A stretch of 64,000 nucleotides of DNA from an uncultured Geomonas sp. (GTDB taxonomy: Bacteria > Desulfobacterota > Desulfuromonadia > Geobacterales > Geobacteraceae): assembly GCA_964519915.1 (NCBI GenBank), contig CAZFMI010000017.1, positions 1,415-65,414 on the forward strand. Direction: 5' to 3'. The position numbers and the translations under genes were made by a program. How positions within the stretch are numbered: position 1 is the stretch's first letter; each line of letters opens with the position of its first letter. Below the pieces are notes generated by a model. It saw nothing but the letters and a program-made list of their open reading frames with translations, was not told the origin of the DNA and ran no database searches. This document shows, in pieces, positions 36,463 through 45,433 of the stretch.

Positions 36463-37680
36463 TTACTTGCTGCCGTAGACCACCCGGGAGGCGTAGCTCG
36501 CGTTCCCCGCGGGATCGACCGCCTCCACCCTGATCAGGTTGACCCCCGGGCTTAGCTGCAGCTCGTGGGAGAAACGCCCCCCCTCCCCGGCAGCCACCTC
36601 CACTCCGTTGACATACACCCGCGAGCCGGGCTCGGCGCTCCCGGTGATGCGGAAGCCCCCTGCCTCCCCGCCCGGCGGGAACTCCACCTTCAGCTCGGGA
36701 GGCTTCAGGAGCTGCAGAAGTTCGCAGCGTCCGGCAGGGCTGAAGGCCCCTTCCCTTCCCTCCTCGATCCGGCTCACCCGCCAGAAGTAGCTTCCGGCGT
36801 CCAGGTTCCCCGCTACCAGTTCCGGGGAGGTCAGCTTGCGGTCCAGTAGCGGCTTTTCAAAGCGCGGCTCCTTCGCCAGCTGGAAATGGTAAATCCCCGC
36901 AGCGCCGCTCCAGGTGAAACGCACCTTGGGCGGGAGCAGGCGGTACTTGTAAAGGAGCTTCTCGTCCTTTAGTCGGGGCGCCTCGGGAAGCGGGACCGCC
37001 GGCCCCGCCGGGACCCCCCTTCTCAGCGTGATGCCGTAATAGGCCGGCACCCGCACGGCACCGTCCCTTCCCAGTATCCGCAGCTCCCCGGCGTAGACCG
37101 CCAGGCTCGCGCAGCCGTCGCCGTTCGGGGTGAACCTGAAACGCGCCGCACCCGGGACGACCCTGGCCAGGTGCCCCGCCGCTGCCAGCTCCATCCTCAC
37201 CGTCTTCGCACCGGAAACGGCGCCGCCCATCTCCCCCTCGATGTGGACCCGGTAGGAGCGCGCCCCCCCCTGCACCTTTTCGTTCAGACGGGTCACCACC
37301 ACCATGGAGTTGCTGCCGACCGTCAGGTTATCCTTGGGGGCGAAGGAGATGGTGGCACCGGAGCGGTCGAAGGTCTGCACCGCGTCGTGGTTGTAAAGGA
37401 GCATCCCTTCCCTCGCGCTCCCCCATGCCACGGAATTGCCGCGCCGGCAGCGCACGTCGCGCACCAGCGACTCCAGGGCCGCCTCTGGCCTCCGCCCGGC
37501 GGCGTCCTTGGCCGGGAGCTCGGAGCGGCCGGTCATCAGCTCCTTGAGCGGCGTGCCGGAGGGGAAGAGGGCGTAAAGGAACATGATGAAGAGCCAAAAG
37601 AGCGCCAGCACCAGGAGCAGCGAGGCTACCGTCTCCGCGGCAAGGAGCGCGAGCGCCCTGACCCGTTTCCCGGCGCTCAC
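36463..37680 (-). CDS. Membrane-anchored FecR-domain protein with C-terminal Ig-like region
   Basis: An N-terminal TM, then ...VAWGSAREGMLLYNHDAVQTFDRSGATISFAPKDNLTVGSNSMVVV (FecR-like). The GTG start overlaps the upstream stop (GTGA). Confidence 0.7.
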   Translation of the reverse strand: MSAGKRVRALALLAAETVASLLLVLALFWLFIMFLYALFPSGTPLKELMTGRSELPAKDAAGRRPEAALESLVRDVRCRRGNSVAWGSAREGMLLYNHDAVQTFDRSGATISFAPKDNLTVGSNSMVVVTRLNEKVQGGARSYRVHIEGEMGGAVSGAKTVRMELAAAGHLARVVPGAARFRFTPNGDGCASLAVYAGELRILGRDGAVRVPAYYGITLRRGVPAGPAVPLPEAPRLKDEKLLYKYRLLPPKVRFTWSGAAGIYHFQLAKEPRFEKPLLDRKLTSPELVAGNLDAGSYFWRVSRIEEGREGAFSPAGRCELLQLLKPPELKVEFPPGGEAGGFRITGSAEPGSRVYVNGVEVAAGEGGRFSHELQLSPGVNLIRVEAVDPAGNASYASRVVYGSK

Positions 37681-40600
37681 GGCTCGCCCCCCGCGGGCGC
37701 TGCCGGTTCGCGCTGCGAGCGAAGCCGCAGGTTCATGAGCTTGGAGCAGCCGGCAGCGTTTCTAAGCACCATGCCGAAGAGCCTCTCCCCCGCCGGGAGG
37801 GGGAGTTCCAGCGCGAAGCGCCCCTCCTGGTCCAGCGGCACCTTGTTTCCCGCCAGCTCGAGCGAACTCCCCGTATCGACCGCCCCGGACAGCATGCAAT
37901 GGACAACCCCCGCGGCGTCCACCCTGATGCCAGAGGCGGCGCTCCCGTAGGGGACCAGGGTCTCCGGCGCCGGTTGCACGACCAGCAGCTCAGGCAGGGG
38001 GAGCGTCGTGGCAAGGAACCTTCCCAGCGCGTCCCCCATCTCGACGTCGAGGTTCCTGGTCTCTCCCGGGAACACGGCGTCGAAGCGCCCCAGGCGGTCG
38101 ACCGGGACGTTGCGGCCGTTGATGATCACGTAGGGGAGCGTCCGGTACCTGTCGTCGGGGGAGACCGGCAGGAGGTCCTGGAAATCCCCCTTCAGCTCCA
38201 CCCTCCTGTTCAGCCTCCTCCCCGGTGTGGTCACGTTGTCCGAGACGGGGCGCGACTTGCCGTACCAGCGCCTGAGGAGCCTCGACGAGGAGATCCCCTC
38301 CTCGCGAACCAGGTAATCCGCCGCCGCGTCGCACCTTCTCCTGGAGAGTCCCATGTTGTACTCCATGCCCCCGATGCCGTCGGTGTGCCCCTCGATGATC
38401 ACCTTCTCCTGGGGATGCGCCTTGAGCACCAGGGCCGCCCCCTTCAGCAGGCGCTTCGCCTCCGGCGTCAGATGGGCCTTGTCGAACGCGAAGGCCCCTC
38501 CGGCAAGGGTGAGCAGCACCGCCTCGTGCCGGTTCACCCCGAAGAGCTCCCTTGCCGTGCTGAAAACGGAGCCGTCCAGGTAGTTCACCTGGAGCTGGTA
38601 CTGGTAGATCTCGCCCTGCTCCACCTTCATGCGGTCGGTATCCCCCCCCCAGGCGATGCGCCTATCCGGCGCCCCACTCCCCTTCAGGCTGCGCACCAAA
38701 TCCCCCTCGCGGTTCATCACCTTGAGGACCCACGAGGCCACCTCTTCGGGCTGCTCCACCGAGGTTATGAAGTGAAGGGGAGCGGCGAACCTGCCACCCT
38801 TGAGATCGAGCGACCCCAGCCGCTCGCGGGTCAGGGTGACGGCGGTGGAAGGAAGCCGCGCCCGCTCCCCGTTCACCAGCAGCGTGAAGAGCTCGGCGCT
38901 TCCGGAGAGGAGCAGCGGCTGGTCCACCCTCTCGGCGGTCACGAGCAGCGCCGGGACGGGACGGGGAGGCGCTGCGGGCTGCTCGAAGAGCACCGGGGCG
39001 GGCGCTGCGGGCGGCGGAAGCGGTACCGGCTGTGCCGTCTCGAACATGTCCTCGTCGAACTTCACCTTGATCCCGACGAAGGGCCCCTCCCCCTGGAAGG
39101 TCTCCCCGGCGAGGTCGTTGTCGTCGATCCTCGCGAAGTTGTAGCCGGCGGAGAGGACCACGTTCCGGTAAACCCGGTAACCCGCGCTCCCCACGGCGCC
39201 AAGCGAGTGCATGCGGGCATCGTACTGGTTCAAAAGCTTCAGGTACGCCGACAGTTCCCAGCGCTGCGACAGGTCATAGGAGAGGCCGGCCAGCACCAGG
39301 TCGGTGTAGGTCTGCCACCCCACTCCCGCGCCGTCGGACCAGCTGAGTTTCCCTGCGTATTTCCCCTGTGCGCTCCAGCGGCTGACCAGCCGGTAGGTCG
39401 GCTCCGCCGAGAGGATCAGGCTGCGGCTGTCCGGAAGCCCCGGGACGGAGCCGCGCCGGTCGATCTTGTAGCGAGCGAGGGTGAGAAGCTGCAGCGGGTT
39501 TCCCGACAGCGGCCTGAAGGCGGTCCCGAGGTACCCGTCGAAGATCATGTCGCGGCCGGCGTCCGCGTCGCGGTCCCAAAGCGACGCCTTGCCAAGGAGC
39601 GTGAGCGAGGGGCTCAACCTGTAGGCGGCGCCGGCGCCGTAGAGCGAGGCGGTCTCTTCGGGGCCGGACCTGATCTCGTAGCGGCCGGTGAGCTTCATGT
39701 CCCTCACCCGCAGGTACTCCCCCCCCGCGGTGAAGGCGGTGCGGGTCCCGCTGTTTCCCTCGACCGTCTGCACGCGCTCCAGGGAGGAGTTGAGGAAGAG
39801 CCCCTGGGCCACGCGGTAGCGGCTGTTCAGCCCGAGGATCGCCTGCCCCCTTTGCCGGGAGAGCGCGTGCTCGATCTGGTAGCCGCTGCGCGAATCGAGG
39901 CTGAACCCGTCCCGCTCCATGAGCCGGGTGTGGAGATCGACGTTGCTTTGCTGGGAGTAGCCGGTGACCCCGCTCGACATCTGGTAGCCGGTGGTGATGC
40001 GCATCCGGTCGGAGAGCCTGCTCTCCATTCCGAGGAGGGTCGCGTGCCGGGTGAGGGGTGACCCTTCCTGGTACTCCTCGGTGAGGAAGGCCTTGGTGCG
40101 GTCCGTCAGGCGGTAATCGAGCTTCAGGAAGCTCTTGCTCTGGTACTCGGAGATCCCCGAGGCGGAGAGAAGCTGCTCCCGCCTGAGCGTCGCGTCGAGC
40201 TTCCGCCCCAGGGGGGCCGTCACCCCCGCGTAGGCGAGGTCGGCGTGGGCCGTCTCCCCCCCCTCCTCCTCCTGCAGCAGTTTCACCCCCCCCTCCGCCT
40301 GCAAGAGGGAGAATTTCTTGGTCACCCCGGCCTGGTTCCCCGCCAGCCTGCGCCCCGAAAGCTGGTAGCTCTGCACGAAGCTCTCTGCGGAGAGGAGGGT
40401 ATCGGCGGGGGCCCGGTAGTCCACCCGCCCGCCGTATTTCTCGGTGCCGATTTCGCTTCCGGTCATGGAGCTGTTGAAGAAGTCCGCCTCCACCTTCCTG
40501 TAGTAGAGAGCGAGGCCGAGCGGGTCGAGCGGGCGGGCCGCGAGTTCCGTCTTCCAGGCGCTCCCCCGCCCCCTCTCCAGGCTTTCGCTGACCGCCCCCT

Positions 40601-43600
40601 CCCCCCTGAGGCTCACCCTGTCGCCTATCAGCCAACCGGCGTCGAGACCGAAGAGGGTGTTGTCCTTCATCGCCTGCTCCTCCACCACCGCCGTCCCCCC
40701 CAGGGAGAGCCCCTTCGCCGGGCGGAGCTCCGCGCGGCCGCCGTAGACGTAGCGCTTCTCGCCCGGGCCTCCCCCCTGGTAGGTCACCACGATGGTGACC
40801 GGGTTCAGGTTCTGGTCCAGCGAGGGGACCGGCTCCTTGAAAAGGATGGTCCCCGCCTGGTAATCGATGGAGTAGTCGGCGTAGCGGACCCTCTCGGAGA
40901 CGGAGACGACCCGCTCCGTGTGGTAGCGGTCCCGCACCTCGATGCGCACCCGCTCGCTGTTCTCGAAGACCGGCCTTCTGGACAGGAAGTAATGCCCGGA
41001 GCTGCCGTTGCCGGGGATGTCGTCCCGGGTCACCGCCTCCTCCGTCCTGCTTTCGAACCCCTTGAGGGTCGCCTTTTCACGGTTCAGCTCGAATTTGGCG
41101 CCGTGCAGGGCCCGGTCGTAGCGGGAGAACTCGTTTTCGGAGAGATCGGTGCGGAAGTCACCGGCCATGAGGTAGGAGCGCCCCGTTTCCAGCTTGAGGT
41201 ACAGCTTCCCCCGGGATTCCGCCTGGTATCCGATGTCGGAGGCGTCGCCGTAGACCGGGTAGTACTTCTCGGGGTCTATCGCCTGGAACACGCCGTCTCG
41301 GCGCTCCTTGTCGGAGTCGTAGGCGGCAGTCAGGAGGTACTTGCCGAGGATGCTGCCGCGGGTGAAGAAAGCGAGCCGCTCCTCTTGGAAGATACCCTCA
41401 TCGAAGCGGTCATCCCCGTCGATCCTCTCCAGGTTGCCGCTTACCGCCTTGGCCCCGAGGGTCACGGAGCCGAGACCGACCAGGATCCAGTCGCGCAGCT
41501 CGGGGCTGAAGTAGAGGTCGGCCATGCCGCCGCTGCCGTTTTCGTCGCTGACCAGGATGCGGTCCGGGCCGGTGCTGCGGGTCGAGCGGAGCTGGAAGAC
41601 GGCGAGGCCGTCGGTGACGCGGAGCTGGTGCCCGGGGAGTTCCGGGTCCTGGTCGGGTTCCACCAGGGCCCCCTTGCCGGTGGTGACGGTGACGTTTCGG
41701 GAACCGGGGACCCTATGGCCGGCAGCATCCAGCAACTCGACCTTGAAGGGGACCACGCTCTTGCCGTCCGCCGGCAGGTCGACCCGCTCGGGGGAGACCC
41801 GAAGCCGCGGCACGGCGGCAGGGGTTGCCAGGACCGCGTCAGGCGGCAGCGGCACCACCAGCAGCTCAAGCGGCGCCAACGGTGGAAAGGCAGTCCGACC
41901 TGTCTGACCTGTCTGACCTGTCTGACCTGTCTGACCTGTCTGACCTGTCTGACCTGTCTGACCTGTCTGACCTGTCTGACTTGTCTGACCTGGCAGACCA
42001 ACCGGGACTGGCGGTATGCCCGGGCTTGTCGCTCTTGCCTCGGGCTTTAGCGCCAGGGCGAAATCGCCGCGGGCGGGGCCGCCGAAGGGGACGGTGATGA
42101 ACTGCGACCACCCCACCCCGGCAAAGGCGGTGTTGTACGGCACTGCAACAAAACGCGCATCCAGCGTGGAACGGTCTATCTTCACTACGTGGTCTCCGGC
42201 GGAAAGACCGGTGAAGCTGTAGTTCCCCTGCGCGTCTGTAAACGCGAACGAGCCGTCCTCCAGGTAAATCCTCACCCCGGGCTCACCGGACTCGCCCGGG
42301 TCGGGGACGCCGTTGCCGTTTTTATCCTCAAAGATCCTGCCGAGGATGATCGCCTTGTCTCCCAAAATGGAAGGCCGCACCTTGACGGCTGCGGTCGCCG
42401 GCGAGGAGAGTGTGCTGTTCCCCGCCAGGGTCAGCCCCGACGCCTGCGCCCAGTTGATGCTGGTGCCGACCGGCACCTCGCCGGATAGCACCGCACGGTA
42501 GCTCAGCTGCCTCACGGCTCCCGGCTCCATGCTCCCCAATGTCCAGCTCAACTGCTGCGACCCACCGGCCGGGTCGGGGACGGAACTCCCATCGATACGA
42601 CTCGACCCCTTCAGGTAGCGAAACCCGCGGGGCAGACGGTCGGCCAGCGTCACCTGATTCAGGACAGTGGCTGCGAGGTTCTCCACACGCACGCTGTACG
42701 ACACTACGTCACCCGCCTCGGCTACGCTGCTCCCCGCCACCTTGGTCACCTGCAACTCCCGGGCAAGGACCGTGTTGAGCGTGCTGTTGGTCAGCGTGGG
42801 CGTCGCGCTCTGTGCGCTGGAGACACCGGCGGTGTTGATGATCGAGCCGTTGCCGGGGGCATCGTCACGGACCCTGGCCCGGAAGGTGACCTCCCCGCTG
42901 AAGCCGGGGGGAAGGGTCGCTATGTCGACCATCAGGGTGCGGGTCGCGGCATCGAACCGCACGCTCCCATCGACCCCGGCCGGGAGCGCTGCGCTTCCCT
43001 GCTGGTATTCGAGCAGGGGATCCAGAGGATCGATCAGCCGCACCCCGGCCACCGGGGAGGCTCCGCTGTTGGAGAGCTCGATGCTGTAGGAAACAACGGC
43101 ACCCGGGAGGAGGGCGCCTTCCGGCGAGACCGCCTTGATCGCCGCGAGCCCACCGGGCGCCGGCACCACGAGCTGGTTGCTGATGCCTGTGCTTCTGGCC
43201 GGAATGAGCTGCGAGGTGGCGGTCACGTTGATGAGGACGACCCGCCCCTCGCTCCCGGGAGGCGGGGTGGCCCGGAGCACGAGGTCGATGGAAGCGCCTG
43301 GCGCTACGGGACCGAGCACCTGCACTCCATCTGCATCGGCCGGCAGCGGTGCCTCCCCATCGGCCGTGTAAAAACGAAACAGCGGTGCCGGCCCGGTATC
43401 GGGGAGTGCAGCCTCGGCAAGGGCCGCCCTCAGCCGGAAGCTGTCCGCAAAGTTTCCCCTGTTGGTCAAGGTGTGGTGGAAATCGACCGGGACGCCGGCC
43501 TGGGTGGTGGCGTTTCGCGGGGGGACAAGGTCCGGGTCTGCCACGTCCCTGATGCTCACCCGGGTCTCGTTGGACCGGGCTTCGCGGAAGACGGGGGTGG

Positions 43601-43745
43601 CGTAGCGCACCGTGAAATCATGCGTTATCACGCTCCCCGACAGGGCGAGGGGGGAGGCGGTCCCGGGACAGGCAAGCAGAAACAGCAGCGCCAGAAAACG
43701 CGCCCCCCCTCCCCCCCCCGTCTTCTTCCATACAGGGACCTTCAT
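37677..43745 (-). CDS. Giant (2022 aa) surface protein: DUF11/Cna-B-type repeats, (GQT)n linker, large beta-barrel-like region, C-terminal OmpA-like peptidoglycan-binding domain
   Basis: Signal peptide. Repeat-domain N-terminus. SdrD-B-like FEDKNGNGVPDPGE...GNYSFTGL. A long alternating-strand region. The C-terminal IEGHTDGIGGMEYNMGLSRRRCDAAADYLV is an OmpA/MotB motif. Confidence 0.85.
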   Translation of the reverse strand: MKVPVWKKTGGGGGARFLALLFLLACPGTASPLALSGSVITHDFTVRYATPVFREARSNETRVSIRDVADPDLVPPRNATTQAGVPVDFHHTLTNRGNFADSFRLRAALAEAALPDTGPAPLFRFYTADGEAPLPADADGVQVLGPVAPGASIDLVLRATPPPGSEGRVVLINVTATSQLIPARSTGISNQLVVPAPGGLAAIKAVSPEGALLPGAVVSYSIELSNSGASPVAGVRLIDPLDPLLEYQQGSAALPAGVDGSVRFDAATRTLMVDIATLPPGFSGEVTFRARVRDDAPGNGSIINTAGVSSAQSATPTLTNSTLNTVLARELQVTKVAGSSVAEAGDVVSYSVRVENLAATVLNQVTLADRLPRGFRYLKGSSRIDGSSVPDPAGGSQQLSWTLGSMEPGAVRQLSYRAVLSGEVPVGTSINWAQASGLTLAGNSTLSSPATAAVKVRPSILGDKAIILGRIFEDKNGNGVPDPGESGEPGVRIYLEDGSFAFTDAQGNYSFTGLSAGDHVVKIDRSTLDARFVAVPYNTAFAGVGWSQFITVPFGGPARGDFALALKPEARATSPGIPPVPVGLPGQTSQTGQTGQTGQTGQTGQTGQTGQTGQTGRTAFPPLAPLELLVVPLPPDAVLATPAAVPRLRVSPERVDLPADGKSVVPFKVELLDAAGHRVPGSRNVTVTTGKGALVEPDQDPELPGHQLRVTDGLAVFQLRSTRSTGPDRILVSDENGSGGMADLYFSPELRDWILVGLGSVTLGAKAVSGNLERIDGDDRFDEGIFQEERLAFFTRGSILGKYLLTAAYDSDKERRDGVFQAIDPEKYYPVYGDASDIGYQAESRGKLYLKLETGRSYLMAGDFRTDLSENEFSRYDRALHGAKFELNREKATLKGFESRTEEAVTRDDIPGNGSSGHYFLSRRPVFENSERVRIEVRDRYHTERVVSVSERVRYADYSIDYQAGTILFKEPVPSLDQNLNPVTIVVTYQGGGPGEKRYVYGGRAELRPAKGLSLGGTAVVEEQAMKDNTLFGLDAGWLIGDRVSLRGEGAVSESLERGRGSAWKTELAARPLDPLGLALYYRKVEADFFNSSMTGSEIGTEKYGGRVDYRAPADTLLSAESFVQSYQLSGRRLAGNQAGVTKKFSLLQAEGGVKLLQEEEGGETAHADLAYAGVTAPLGRKLDATLRREQLLSASGISEYQSKSFLKLDYRLTDRTKAFLTEEYQEGSPLTRHATLLGMESRLSDRMRITTGYQMSSGVTGYSQQSNVDLHTRLMERDGFSLDSRSGYQIEHALSRQRGQAILGLNSRYRVAQGLFLNSSLERVQTVEGNSGTRTAFTAGGEYLRVRDMKLTGRYEIRSGPEETASLYGAGAAYRLSPSLTLLGKASLWDRDADAGRDMIFDGYLGTAFRPLSGNPLQLLTLARYKIDRRGSVPGLPDSRSLILSAEPTYRLVSRWSAQGKYAGKLSWSDGAGVGWQTYTDLVLAGLSYDLSQRWELSAYLKLLNQYDARMHSLGAVGSAGYRVYRNVVLSAGYNFARIDDNDLAGETFQGEGPFVGIKVKFDEDMFETAQPVPLPPPAAPAPVLFEQPAAPPRPVPALLVTAERVDQPLLLSGSAELFTLLVNGERARLPSTAVTLTRERLGSLDLKGGRFAAPLHFITSVEQPEEVASWVLKVMNREGDLVRSLKGSGAPDRRIAWGGDTDRMKVEQGEIYQYQLQVNYLDGSVFSTARELFGVNRHEAVLLTLAGGAFAFDKAHLTPEAKRLLKGAALVLKAHPQEKVIIEGHTDGIGGMEYNMGLSRRRCDAAADYLVREEGISSSRLLRRWYGKSRPVSDNVTTPGRRLNRRVELKGDFQDLLPVSPDDRYRTLPYVIINGRNVPVDRLGRFDAVFPGETRNLDVEMGDALGRFLATTLPLPELLVVQPAPETLVPYGSAASGIRVDAAGVVHCMLSGAVDTGSSLELAGNKVPLDQEGRFALELPLPAGERLFGMVLRNAAGCSKLMNLRLRSQREPAAPAGGEP
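41891..41998. repeat. 9 bp coding microsatellite (CTGTCTGAC x9 perfect plus 3 variant units) encoding (GQT)n
   Basis: Read directly. Perfect units span 41900-41980, with variant units at 41891-41899 and 41981-41998. It translates as GQTSQTGQT...GQTGRT on the minus strand. Confidence 0.95.
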
Positions 43746-43765
43746 CCATCTCCCCGATCACCGCA

Positions 43766-45070
43766 TTATTGAACCTGCGCTTTGAAAAAGAGATAAACCG
43801 TCCTCCCTGGCAAAAGGGCGCCACCGGCAGCGTCACTGGCCCCCTCCCCCAGGTGCGCGACGATGCTGCCTGTAGAGGCACGGGCCCAGCCGCACTGGGA
43901 CGCGGCGCAGCCGGCCTCTCCTTCCGGGGCCAGGGCGACCAGCAGGGAATCGGCAACCAGCTGCAAGCCGGCGGGTATCGGGGTGTCTATGCTGACGGAG
44001 GTGGCGGGTGCGGAACCGCTGTTGGTTACCGCCATCCGGTACTGGAGCAGGTCCCCGGAAACGGCGCCGGCCGTTGCCGAGAACGCTCCCCCCTGGGTGA
44101 GGTTGCGCACCCCCTCACTGAGGGAAAGACGGGCAGCGATGGCGGTCGTGCTGGTCCGGTCCGTTGCGCTGGCCCCCTCCCCGGCTGCCGAGAGAACCGC
44201 GTCTCCCCTGGCGCCGTCGCTTCCCGACTCCGGGATGGTGACCGCCGCGAAGAAACGGTAGGAACCTCCAGGGGGGAGGGTCCCGGTCGAGGAGCAGATG
44301 TTGTTCTCCCCCCCTTGCCGCACCCCGTCCCCGGCGCGCCCTCCCCCGGCACCGTCGTCGGCGACGAGTTCTCCACGCCAACCGCTGCCGGGCTCCACGG
44401 CAAGGGCGAAGCTGTTCTCCGCGTTCCCTGCATTGGTGACGGCATAGGGGTAGTTGACCACCGTCCCGGGAGCGCCGGCCCCGTCGGGGGGGGCGGAGAG
44501 CGTCACCGCAGCGGTCGCGCCGCAGGCGACCGTCTCCGTTTTCACCTGGTCCAGGGCCGCCGGGTCGTTGGCAGAGGCCGCGGAGACGGCGACCCGGTAG
44601 CTCGCCCCAAGGGTGAACCGGGTCAGGGTGACCTGCAGCAGGAGAAAGGTGGTTTCCCCGGGGGCGAGGCTTTTGGTGCGGTACCCCCCCCCTGCGAGCG
44701 CGGCTCCCCGGTCGACTCCCTCCGGGTCGAGGTAGCTCGCCGTGAAGCCGCTGCCGCTGGCGGGACCTGTAAGGATGAAGCTGTCGGGCCGGTCGCCAGC
44801 GTTCTTCAAGAGGATGCGGAACTGCGCCGGACTCCCGGAGAACGCCGCCTGCGACATAGACTGGGAAACGGCGCTCGCCTCGTAGACCCCCTCGCCCAGA
44901 TAAGAGGCGTCCCCCTCGGCGGCGACACGGACCATGAGGTCGGCCTGGTACCAGGCAAGGGCCTCCTCTCCCATGAAGAGCAGGAAAAACAAAACGCAGC
45001 AAAGCTGCGCAAGCAGGAACAACGGGCCTTTGCCCCCCTCCCTGTATTTATTAAAATGGACCAATTTCAT
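43766..45070 (-). CDS. Secreted repeat-domain protein (DUF11-like), first gene of the giant-protein operon
   Basis: Start at MKLVHFNKY... with an N-terminal hydrophobic anchor. Thr/Ala/Gly-rich Ig-like repeats resemble the N-terminus of the giant protein. Confidence 0.7.
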   Translation of the reverse strand: MKLVHFNKYREGGKGPLFLLAQLCCVLFFLLFMGEEALAWYQADLMVRVAAEGDASYLGEGVYEASAVSQSMSQAAFSGSPAQFRILLKNAGDRPDSFILTGPASGSGFTASYLDPEGVDRGAALAGGGYRTKSLAPGETTFLLLQVTLTRFTLGASYRVAVSAASANDPAALDQVKTETVACGATAAVTLSAPPDGAGAPGTVVNYPYAVTNAGNAENSFALAVEPGSGWRGELVADDGAGGGRAGDGVRQGGENNICSSTGTLPPGGSYRFFAAVTIPESGSDGARGDAVLSAAGEGASATDRTSTTAIAARLSLSEGVRNLTQGGAFSATAGAVSGDLLQYRMAVTNSGSAPATSVSIDTPIPAGLQLVADSLLVALAPEGEAGCAASQCGWARASTGSIVAHLGEGASDAAGGALLPGRTVYLFFKAQVQ

Positions 45071-45193
45071 ATCTGAGAAAAATAGCAGAGGATCGATGAG
45101 AGGCAAGGCGGCGCAAAGAAAATTTGTCTTTTGCACGTCCAAGTGATATGTACGGTTCAGTCGGAAGCGATGCGCTGCCGCAGGGAGGGATCA

Positions 45194-45433
45194 ATGGAAA
45201 CCGGGAACCGCTACTACCAGCTGGCCAATCGCGACATCGTCTACCTGAAGTATATCCAGGAGGCGCACGAGGGGCTGTCCACCATGAGCACGGTCGACGG
45301 CAAGAGGGGGATCGTCCGGATCAACTACCCCGTCTGCTTCGCCAAGGAGGTGGATGAGATGATGGAGGCGCTCGCCGGGGAGATAGCGATCACCGAGGTG
45401 ACCGAAGGGGGCGAGCCGTGCTGGAAACCGTAG
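45194..45433 (+). CDS. Small protein preceding tldD (DUF4911-like)
   Basis: Start at METGNRYYQLANRDIVYLKYIQEAHEGL with a GGGAGGGA RBS. The family guess is from recollection. Confidence 0.55.
   Translation: METGNRYYQLANRDIVYLKYIQEAHEGLSTMSTVDGKRGIVRINYPVCFAKEVDEMMEALAGEIAITEVTEGGEPCWKP

Noticed and set aside
33971-36478. 835 aa + strand ORF
   Set aside because: It is antisense to the histidine kinase and GGDEF regulator, which carry complete catalytic motifs. The ORF has the same low-complexity composition.
37899-42050. 720 aa and 601 aa + strand ORFs, plus several 100-450 aa ORFs in other frames
   Set aside because: All overlap the 2022 aa minus-strand gene, which has a signal peptide, repeat domains and an OmpA motif. 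The alternatives are Arg/Pro/Gly-rich.
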